Shown here piece after piece: positions 54,100-64,000 of a stretch of DNA of 64,000 nucleotides. Made by a program: the position numbers and the translations under genes. Source of the DNA: Glycera tridactyla (taxonomy: Eukaryota). The first letter of the stretch is position 1. Every line of letters begins with the position of its first letter. The DNA lies in contig OZ286472.1 of NCBI GenBank assembly GCA_965644265.1, forward strand, positions 22,010,001-22,074,000, in the 5' to 3' direction. Under the pieces are notes generated by a model, which did no database searches, was not told the origin of the DNA, and saw only the letters and a list, made by a program, of their open reading frames with translations.

Positions 54100-55289
54100 T
54101 TACATTCTGATTCTTCTCCGATAATATACAAATTATGTTGGCAATGTTGAGTTGTATGTTCCATATAGCCAACCTGCAGGCATTATGAGAAGTTTCTGCT
54201 CTGGTTCTGTACGTATACATATAAATGAATATGTGTATACCGAAGAGAGGGATATTCTGTGGCTGTTGTATGTTCACTGATATATTCATCGATATCAATG
54301 AGATGAAACCAATTTTTCAGAAATATGGTAACATTTTAGAAAATGGCCCCAACTATTCTCTGTCCTGGAATTTCCAGCTAGATTCAATCAACATCTCAAT
54401 TCTAATTGTTCATCAACCAAATTTTCATTCTGATGATGAACTCAGAAAATATTAATAATCGAAACGGATAAAATTCCAAAAATTATATCACATCCTGTTC
54501 TTGAGCAGCGCATTTGATGTATTTGCTGTGGGTCTCAATTATAGATACCGGCGGAGGCAATAGGTATATAGGTGCAAGTGATACGGGCAAATGTAGGAAA
54601 CAGTTGTTCTCAACCCAACTAAACATGCTGTACCAAGAAAAACCACTGCCGTCGGAGAGGGGTTTTATTTCTGCATGGATCACTGCTAAAAGCTTGAAGA
54701 AATAGATGCAGAGGCACCATTTAGATGTATCTCTGGAGTCAATTTTGATATGTGTGCCAGTGAATATTGTAATATTTGGCCAGATACAGGATAATGGACC
54801 ATTTAGCAAGCAGTACCAGCTAATGCCAGTGAGCTGAAGCAAAATATTTGTATAATATGGTCATATTTTCTAACCAATATACCCACATACTCTGAAACAT
54901 ATACAGTCTTAATTTTTCATAGAATTTCTGGAATTCAGAAAGAATTCAGAAAAAATTGCTGTATGTGGCACAATTAAATGAATTCAATCAATACTTATTG
55001 TGTTTGAAAGACTGACCACTGCATTCTGCATTAAAAAAACTACAAAACGGCATCTAATTGGGCATGACTTACAAATCAGCAGCATGCAATATAGATGAGG
55101 TGGAGTCTGGTTGTACTTTGAAGGTTATACTAAAGCCAGAATGGTCTGAACCATGGGAACCACAGCTGAAACTACAATCATCTCAAGATATCTGCTCAAA
55201 ATCTGAATCATTATCCACAGCAATGAATTCAGTGAAAAACCTGAGCAATGACTCCAAATATTATGTATCATCAGATACAATGATTGTTT

Positions 55290-55360
55290 GATTGAGTGCT
55301 TGATTGATTGATTGATTGATTGATTAGAGCTTAATGGCATGTATCAACCCAAAGGATTAT
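55290..55360 (-). mobile_element. SINE-like family A, 3' terminal fragment with (TTGA)n tail
   Basis: ttgattgattgattgattga...ggcatgtatcaacccaaaggattat. Confidence 0.6.
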
Positions 55361-56647
55361 CGATGGTGATACTCACATTCAAGAGGCAATTACCAAGTTG
55401 AATTCATCATGATATGTCCCGACAATTGAACAATTTCATCGAATCAAATAAATTTTGTACAGGCTAGATTGATTGATGACAAATTCCATGCAGAAATAAA
55501 ACAGTTGGGTAAAGCATCAAATACCATGTCACTTGAAAGTACAATATACACAATAAGAATCAGAACACAAGTTGCCCAACCTGAGCTTGCAGCCCATCCA
55601 ATAATCAACATAATTTGGTGGCATCATCAAAGTTGATGACTACAAATCGATCAAATTTACCAAGTCATCAACTTCACAGTTGATGACTATTAGTATCAAA
55701 TGAACCTACACGGAATGTCGTCAAATAGCAGTCTCACTAAACGTGGTATCTCATCAGGGGTCTCTGATACCTTGATACACCAATCTTGTGATGATGCAGG
55801 TCATCTTAATTGGCTTACACCGTTATAAGAATGACATTGAGATAGAATCATATTCGTTAGTGAATGAGGAAAATTGATGAAATTAGCTATTCTTCCAGTG
55901 GTCACCATTTGGTGATGAAATTGTTGGATTTTCGTGCAAGATTTGGTTCAATTACTTGTTAGTATCTGTAATTGATAATTGGGTTGTTGGTGTTGTTCAG
56001 ATTGAGTAGAGTAAAAAGCTTCAGATTTCTCGACCAGTTCCATGAATCAGAGATTCGATGAGGTATCACCCAAGATGATCCCTCGACTGTTCATAGGGAT
56101 GATCAAAGCTGGGCTGGCGGACTCTTAGTAGGAGATATTGATAGACTAAAAGGGCTAACAAAGGGCCACCCAGGCCTACCAACGATCAGAAACCCTGATA
56201 GTAGATGAAATTTTACTTGAACATCCGAAACGATCTGACAGATGTGAATCATGGATGGGCTGCAGCTCAAGTCACACACTGGATTCACTCAAATGTTATT
56301 TCACCCTTCACACCCAGCAATGTTCAGGAAAATAAAACATTCAATCGAACAGTTTCAGTCGAGGAGTTATCAAACTCTCCTTGACTGAAAACACTGACAT
56401 TGAATATACATGTGCTATAGATTGGGAAACGCCCATTAATGATACAATTAATGGATGGCTTGGTCTGTGAGCAGGATGGAATTTGTATATAAAATAATCT
56501 GTTTGTGAAAGGGTGAAAGTTATGCACACACACACTCCTGGCAACACACAGCAAACAACATTCTCTAGTAGGATATTACTTGTAGGAGATAACTCTCAAT
56601 CACATGGGATTGATGTGCACTCGTGAGCAGAACTCCTGGATACTTAC

Positions 56648-56722
56648 CGTTCAAAAGGCGGTCGTTTTGTGAAGTTTTCTCGGACATACTCTACTAACTG
56701 CTTCTGTGTTCGCCCACAGTAC
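56648..56722 (-). CDS. Cdep/FARP: FARP/Cdep exon: FERM-adjacent (FA) domain
   Basis: ttttgctgcag|G...CG|gtaagt, 75 nt, phase 2/2. Encodes (R)YCGRTQKQLVEYVRENFTKRPPFE(R), recognisable as the FARP1/FARP2/Cdep RYSGRTQKQ...FER motif. Confidence 0.95.
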
Positions 56723-57357
56723 CTGCAGCAAAAATCAATAAGGGTTCAAAACTTGGATTAATATCCCCACTTCAAAGAGTCCTGAATTATCATGCAGACA
56801 CACCCACTGTACTGGGGTTTCAATATAGCTCAAATAGTGCTAACAGGACGTAGAACAATCATCCAACCAAGCTCTCTGGGAACTTTTACAATCTTTGCTT
56901 GCATTCTATTTTCTTGACGGTTTCCATGATCTCACTGATTTTATAGTGGTTTTCATGATTGTCTCAAAACTTTCAATTTCCATCATCATGGCCGCATTTC
57001 AGTAATCACGGAAATAGCACATCCTTGAGTAATGGTGTAAAAGTGGACTCTGGCATAGGGGCTGATGCTAACTATTGGTCAAATAACCAAAGGCTGAAGC
57101 TTTTGCAATCTGGCTGAAGAAGTTAACCAAACTTTAGCCAGTTTGGCTAGAAGAAATTCCTGAGGTATACTCAATCATTGCTTCTTCCAGCATTGGAAAT
57201 TCTGAGTTTGAAGCATGATTTGGGGGCTTCCATGCCCAAGAACTATATCTTGATCGTGAACATTTCTACCAAAGTTGAGTCCTACAAATATAATCACATG
57301 GAGAATTCACGAATTCTGCTGAATCTGCATTTAATCAACCCAAGAATCAGGACTTAC

Positions 57358-57518
57358 CTAAAAGATGAGCCCCTACTGACTACTCGTGTTTTATTCCGTG
57401 GTAACCGTTTCACTCGATGACATCGGAAGAACGCGTGATGCTCTATACATTTCTTCCAGAAGTTCTTTGTTTCATTTCGTGTCTCAAAATAAAACTCGAC
57501 TGTATCCCTGTAGTAGCC
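57358..57518 (-). CDS. Cdep/FARP: FARP/Cdep exon: end of FERM-C lobe and start of FA domain
   Basis: actttttcag-type acceptor (cttttcag|GGC) and AG|gtaagt donor, 161 nt. Encodes GYYRDTVEFYFETRNETKNFWKKCIEHHAFFRCHRVKRLPRNKTRVVSRGSSF(R), with the FERM-C FWKxCxExHxFFR and FA SRGSSFR signatures of the FARP/Cdep/FRMD7 clade. Confidence 0.95.
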
Positions 57519-57699
57519 CTGAAAAGTGATAATCAAGAAAATTAGTAAAAGTGGAAATCCAACAAGCTGGAATGAATATGGATACATTGAGTTTCACGTA
57601 CACTGCTATTCAATAATCTGAACATCAGAATCATAATAAAATCTGACCAAATCACCATCATTGTCATCATTCTGCCACTATTCAATCAATTCAGAGCTT

Positions 57700-57925
57700 C
57701 AGGAATGTGATTGGCTCACAACCCAAAACACTGAAAACCTGTCCGGAGGCGCATTTCACCAAGATTTTGTGGACCAAGAAACCCCAACAACTGCTAACTA
57801 GAGGCTTTTATGACTGCATATGAACTATGGGCTCTATCTCCACTAATACTGGTCCGATACTCATGATCTAAAATCCAAGATGATCGACATAAAATCCATA
57901 TGGATTGCTGCATTTAGGACCCAAA
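57700..57925. mobile_element. Interspersed repeat family B, copy 3
   Basis: Colinear with the 25274 copy over about 200 bp. Confidence 0.7.
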
Positions 57926-58324
57926 ACCCGGAAATCCACTGATCCGCGGAACAATCACATTCCTGAGAGCTTGTACAAGTGCTATGAAATGACTGAATGT
58001 AAGGACGAGAATATATCTGACAATGAGATGGAATATGAGAAAAGTTTTATTCAGATATTCTTCGTTGTCTTGTACCAAACTTTCAGTGGCAGGCCCATCC
58101 TAATACAACTGTGTCAAATATTCACACACGACCATAAGAGACAGGTCATCATTGGCTTTAACGATCCTTTGGAGGTTGCCAAGTAATGGATAGACAATTT
58201 GAAATGATATACCAAAGGAAATGAAAAAGGAAAGGCATCACAAGAATTCCCCAATATCCAGATGTTCCCCATGTTACCAGTAACAGAATATGTATCCATT
58301 GACCATGTATATCTGTTTTGCTAT

Positions 58325-59768
58325 AACAAGAGCACCGCAAAGCGGGGCATAATACGCCATTGCCGCGATTAGTGAGGCAGACTTTTTTCATCTGGAATGG
58401 GATTTGACCTTTATTGCCGTGACTAGTGACACAGACTGTTTTCATCCAGATATTGTCTGCAATAGGATTTTATCTTATTGCACTTGGTGACCGGGATCGA
58501 AGGTTATGACTGCGAAATCAATAGGCATCTTCCTAGACCAATAATGAATAGATATACAAAGTTTCAAATCAATAGCTATGAGGCTGATATGGATAGGGCT
58601 CTTTCCTAACCAAGGTGAATATATGAACAGTTCGAAATCAATAACTTTCAAACTATTTTGAGGTTATCATGCAGATATTGTCTGGATATGCGATTTGACA
58701 TTTTTGCACTTTGTGACCTTGAAATTCAAGATCTGCAGTACCATCATCACAATTTGGCTAGCCCAAAAACTTTATGAGTTATTCGCCAGGAATGGGTCGT
58801 GACGTTTTTGCACTCAGCAACCTTGAAATTCATGCCGTGACCCCACAAGCAATAGGCTTCCTCCCAGAGGCAAGTTGATTAGGTATGCCAAGTGGCAAAT
58901 CAATAGCTCCACAACTTTTACAGTTATTGCCCGGAAAGCGTCTGTAGCCGAGATTTGACTCAGTGACCATGAAAATCAAGGTCGCGACCCCACAATCGAA
59001 AGGCTTCCTCCCAGATCCAAGGTGATTAGGTATACCAAGTGGCAAATCAATAGCTCTTTTTGAGTTATCGTCCGGAAATGGTCCGGACTCGAGATTTGAC
59101 CTTTTGCACTCAGTGACAATGAAAATCAAGGTCGCGACCCCACAATCGAAAGGCTTCCTCCCAGATCCAAGGTGATTAGGTATATCAAGTGGCAAATCGA
59201 TAGCTCTGAAACTTTTTGAGTTATCGTCCGGAAATGGTCCGGACCAGAGATTTGACCTTTTTGCACTCAGCGACCTTGAGAATCAAGGTCGCAACCCCAC
59301 AATCGAAAGGCTTCCTCCCAGACCCAAGGTGATTAGGTATACCAAGTGGCAAATCAATAGCTCTAAAACTTTTTGAGTTATCGTCCGGAAATGGTCCGGA
59401 CCAGAGATTTGACCTTTTTGCACTCAGCGACCTTGAAAATCAAGGTCGCAACCCTACAATCTGGAGGCTTCCTCCCATACCCAAGGTGATTAGGTATACA
59501 GAGTGGCAAATCGATAGCTCTGAAACTTTTTGAGTTATCATCCGGAAATGGTCGGGACCAGAGATTTGACCTTTTTGCACTCAGCGACCTTGAAAATCAA
59601 GGTCGCAACCCCACAATTGGAAGGCTTCCTCCCAGACCCAAGGTGATTAGGTATACCAAGTGGCAAATCAATAGCTCTAAAACTTTTTGAGTTATCGTCC
59701 GGAAATGGTCCTCCGGACGCACAGACGGACGGACAGCACCATAACATAATACGCCCGATGGCGTATAA
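58325..59768 (-). mobile_element. Non-autonomous Helentron-associated element (HINE/DINE-1/Pearl-like) with an internal tandem array
   Basis: Minus strand starts TTATACGCC-ATCG-GGCGTAT (subTIR plus hairpin partner), then a (GTCC)-type microsatellite and 157-bp tandem repeats. It ends GGCGTATTATG-CCCCGC-TTT-GCGG-TGCTCTTGTT (subTIR, stem-loop, CTTGTT terminus). Confidence 0.85.
58940..59712. repeat. Tandem array of 157-bp units (about 5 conserved units, with decayed units extending to about 58400)
   Basis: gaRaatcaaggtcgc at 58971, 59121, 59278, 59435 and 59592 (150 bp, then 157 bp three times). Confidence 0.95.
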
Positions 59769-60095
59769 TAATATGGCAATGTGAAGTTGCGAAGTGACTA
59801 TAGTCTCTATCTAACGAGCAGTAGAACTTTCACCAGTGTGTGTGTGTCAAACAATAACCAGGATCCATAAATTCACTAATTACTATCAGCTAAAAACGAA
59901 AGCAATCCATGTTCGCAGTTTTGTAGATTTCAGTGAAGTATAAAATGATGCAATGGAAATTGTAATTCAGGCGCTATCCTGTCACTATGATAAAATCATT
60001 CAAACTATCAACTTCTGCTATACTAGAAATCAGCTACAAATATTTCATGACACATATGGTATAACTGATAATGAGACAAAGTTGAAGGCGCCAGA

Positions 60096-60140
60096 TTCCT
60101 AGACTTCGATAAGGCATATGACACCATGTAATGGTCACAA
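60096..60140 (+). pseudogene. Possible fossil non-LTR reverse transcriptase fragment
   Basis: ttc cta gac ttc gat aag gca tat gac acc = FLDFDKAYDT, followed by a stop then W, resembling the LINE RT motif xLDFxKAFDxVxW. Short and isolated. Confidence 0.35.
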
Positions 60141-61991
60141 TTCGATTTCTAATGAAAGGTAGGTTGATTAATATTGAATGACTGTGCATGCAATCCATAC
60201 TGGTCTCATCAACCTTTTTCCTCAAATATGCAACAATAACACGAGGCATTATGAAAAATCAAAACAGCATGACCAATCAATTAAGCATTTTGAATTTGTC
60301 CAAGATGATATCAGGCAACACCTTTCGACAACTTATTTCCATTCCTTTGATGCAGGGTACTGGGGCACCAGTGATCCTGATCTCAAGAATGGTAGATTGG
60401 ATCAAAATTGAGAAAATCACAAGACCTGCCACTTATTAGGTGACTTACGACGGCGTCTGGTACACATTGTGGGGGAGGGCACTGATTCGACCAACCAAAC
60501 TTTATGAAAGAAACCAAATCCAGCTGAATTCGCTATCCGGGTAAGAATAGAAAGTATACATTCCATTTCTCCTTTTTGTCCATCTCCTTTCCCTGCTAGC
60601 TTTTTTTTCTTTTATCTAACAACTCCTGAATTCAGATATATCATCCTTGGATATAGCTTTTGTTGTGGATGTAGCCCAAGAAAACATGAAAGTAATGCCC
60701 CCGAATATGCAAAGTAGTTTTTTTTTATCAGTACGATACTTATGAGAACAGGGGTAATGAATTATATCAACACTGTTAAATTTTCAACAAGAGATGACCT
60801 TAAATGTCACCAAAAAGTAGACTCTCTGACCGGAATAATTCCCATGAGGTATTTTTGACTATATTGAAAAGAGAGGTCGAGCTCGTTCATGGGTCTCTTA
60901 TTGAAGATTTCACCTTATGACCTACAGGAAGAAGCAACCAAGAAGCACCATTGCTGAGCTTCAATTACAAACTTGAGTTGCACATTTTCCATCAGGAAAC
61001 TTTGCACCTTAATTGCATAATGTAACCATATGCTGAATACTTGCAGCTACCTGCTGAATTAACTCTACCTCTCTTGATAATGAATTGAATCTATCATAGA
61101 TGGAAGAAAGCATTGGGGATTGAGGTGTACCATAGGCCAATACAGAAGAATGTAAGGGATCCTTAAACACCATGACTCAACACAGTAGCAACAACCTTGA
61201 TGAACTTTCTAAGGGGTGGTGCAAGATAGAGGAAATGGTGGACTGAAAATGGTCTAGACTGGAGTAGAAGACATAAGAAAGAAAAGTGAGGACTACATGA
61301 GTCATTCACATCTGGGTGTAACAGTACATCGGAAGGTTGCAAATTCCATGCAGATCACTCTGAAACTATCAAAAATATGATTCCCAACATGTCTATCACT
61401 ATCTGTTAAAATATAGGCCCACCAGGTTTAACAAGGTATGAAAGCTACAGGTCATCACAGGAAATATTGGGATCAATGTATAAGAAACCAAAATAATTTC
61501 AGACTACATCATGACCTATAAAATTGTACTTCAACACCGGTCAAGGCCAATTCAAGAGATATTAGTGGTAATTTCTGAAGAGCTGGAACATGGATAAACA
61601 CTATGCTGATATAGCTAAAGTCACCCTGAATACACAAAATTCCCTCGGATGAAGTGATCATAAATCTTTACATCTGATGAGTTACTGACAATAGTTGCAT
61701 TGTTTATGTATCAGTGGCATGTATTCTTTGTTTCATGTCATAATTGGAGACTCACAGAGAAATATTTTCAACTCATGCAAATATAGGATACCCCAGAGAT
61801 TGAGGGTCACATATAAGGTGATATCAACTGTGTGTAAAGGCAGGATCCCAAACCAAAATGGCCCAGTTCTTACGGCCTAAATTCTACATAATCAGGTGTG
61901 GCGATTGCCAAACATCAGTGTCCTGGTGCCGGATGGGATAGCAGACTGAAAATGCTCAAGAAAAGAGACACTGCTACTGGGGGCAATCCTC

Positions 61992-62030
61992 CTTTCCGAA
62001 CAATCTTTCCGAACAATCTTTCCGAACAAC
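61992..62030. repeat. 13-bp tandem repeat (ctttccgaacaat) x3
   Basis: Direct inspection. Confidence 0.85.
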
Positions 62031-63639
62031 CCCCTCTCAAGAGTGAGCTTCAAGTGTCTTCAGTTTGGCAAGAATGAGTCTTCATTTATGTACCAAGTGG
62101 TACTTTCACTGCTTTCGAAAATTGGTGCAAAATCACCACCTGGCAAAAAGCGACACGCAAATCGACAATATCTTTGTTAGGTTATGATATATTGAATGAT
62201 TCGTGTATTCTACTCCAAAGTTAACATGTTATAGGAACAAAAGTGATATCTCCATCACTACTCGTATTGCACAAACATGCACTACAGTTATTCAATGCAG
62301 CTATACGGCAGATATGTCCTGTCATGGCAGTTGCTCGGACGGATCTCGGATGGATATCAATGTACTGTTACATCCTGGTACTAAAAGCACAGGCACATCT
62401 CCACACGACCACATGGCAGCAGTTATAACAACAATGGCATCACCAACAACACAGATAATCGCAAACTACCTGACACATCTCACTGTAATAACCACAACTA
62501 CAGAAGAAAGACTCAATCACGGCCATCCTTCAACATAACTCATCAAATGTCAGAAGACAATGTAGAGATATGTAAATTGCAGTTCTCTCCATCATAATCA
62601 TCTCATCAGAAGAGTTCTAGATGCCCATAGTCATGACTGAGTAAGATCCACATCCAATAGTCAGCTAGTCACAATATGCCTCCAAGAACAAGATCACATT
62701 GCTACTGACACTACTGTAAACATCACTCCAAGTTCAATTTCAAGCACCTTGCAGAGGAACATGTTTTTGATGTGAGTTGAACTCAATAGGATTCCCGAGT
62801 CTTAGAGAGCATAGGTGAAGGGTGTGCCTTTGCCATAATCCTCTTTATATATATCTCAGGGTCAGGGCCTACAGAGATCTATACATTTATCCACTTATTT
62901 ATCTATATTCAATGACTCAACTATGAGCCAGTCCTTGTCCCAAATGCGCAGTAGCAACAACTACACAGATGTCACTGAGATGAGACACGAGCGCCAGAAA
63001 TATGGTTGAATTTTTCAAAACTACCCTACATAATCGTGAAAATATGTTCTCCCGATCTGATTGCACCAATTTCTCACTTCCAACTTCTGACTTTTCTCAG
63101 AATTCAGGAAAATTTCGTGGATTCGGGCATCACCCAAACAAAAGCTGCCTGGGGTGGAACTCTAAATGGGAGGGGAGATAATAACAAGGAAACTAGCTAT
63201 CAGAGGAACCCCAATATTTCCCAGCCTGTGCACCACATCTTCCACCTTTACTCCCATTCATATGAGATGACCAAAATCTGTTTAGCCCCCAACTCCATGC
63301 ACAATCGATTACCATCAAACAGTACTCATGCTGGATTAAAAAAATGATATACATCCAAAATGATAAAATCAGCTTCAGAAGCATCAAAACCATAAATTCG
63401 AATACAAAGAAAATCATGAGAAAAAAACACCAAAGTATATAGATATATAAATACTTTCAAAATCACAGTCATTCACCAAAGAAGACAAGAAGTAGTTCTA
63501 ACGACAATAACCCAAGAAAGAGACCAATATAGGAGAGAGCTGAATTCTGACTTACTTCAAAGACCGGGACTCCATAAGACTTGTTTTGAGGCTTGTGAAG
63601 CAAAACACAAATAGTGGATATAGACAAGTTACACAACTG

Positions 63640-63701
<62 letters not shown>

Positions 63702-63850
63702 AGAGACAGACTGACAGAAGAGACTGATGGAGAGATGGTCAGACAATCAGATGGACGAACAGGGTAGGCCCAACAGATAGGACAGATGTAGACAGAGACA
63801 TACAGATAGATAGACAGACAACAGACAGACAGATAGATACACACAGACAG
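63640..63850. repeat. (GACA)n microsatellite with a degenerate extension
   Basis: Pure run at about 63640-63700, degenerate gaca/gata to about 63850. Confidence 0.95.
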
Positions 63851-64000
63851 CCAGAGAAAGAAGCACACACATGGGAAAAACAAATGGAAAACCAAACAGC
63901 AGATCCTACCTGCACTTCAAACACTTGTCTTCGAATAAATTTGCTTGGTTACCACTGAATTTCATTCGCCACCATTCTATGTCATTTTATATACTGAGTA

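Noticed and set aside
54483-54700. Possible minus-strand exon after acceptor gcttttag at about 54690
   Set aside because: In the phase left by the FA exon it stops after about 22 codons, and the longer ORF is in another frame with no recognisable homology.
58940-59712. CRISPR-like appearance of regularly spaced palindromic repeats
   Set aside because: Whole 157-bp units are repeated with no unique spacers, the context is eukaryotic, and there are no cas genes.
62243-62428. Peptide PVMAVARTDLGWIS faintly resembling a LINE post-RT region
   Set aside because: Similarity too short and uncertain to call without a profile search.
57519-64000. Upstream FERM exons (…KLSFKRKxFLIKLHPE…)
   Set aside because: Searched for by eye and not found; they probably lie beyond the right edge of the window.

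Overview
Eukaryotic (invertebrate-animal-like, AT-rich, scaffold with two N gaps) genomic DNA. It is almost entirely intronic sequence of one minus-strand gene, a Cdep/FARP1/2-type FERM-RhoGEF-PH homolog. Two small exons (57518-57358, 56722-56648) encode the end of FERM-C and the FERM-adjacent (FA) motif. They splice in frame across about 20 kb to a 4.0-kb open exon (36244-32209) that runs to a stop codon and encodes a 1344-aa disordered tail with SPxK/R decapeptide repeats and acidic/poly-Pro motifs. Two further phase-matched exons (727-511, 135-1) continue off the left edge, probably toward the DH-PH domains, which are not in the window. This suggests a giant-tail, GEF-less isoform alongside the canonical one (inference). 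The introns hold many TA-flanked Tc1/mariner-type MITEs, a DINE-1/HINE-like non-autonomous Helentron carrying a 157-bp satellite array, a SINE-like family whose about 10 copies share one orientation, a 206-bp triplication, a 31-bp CCAAT minisatellite and microsatellites. No rRNA, tRNA, CRISPR or prokaryotic features were seen. All calls come from reading the sequence; no database search was run.
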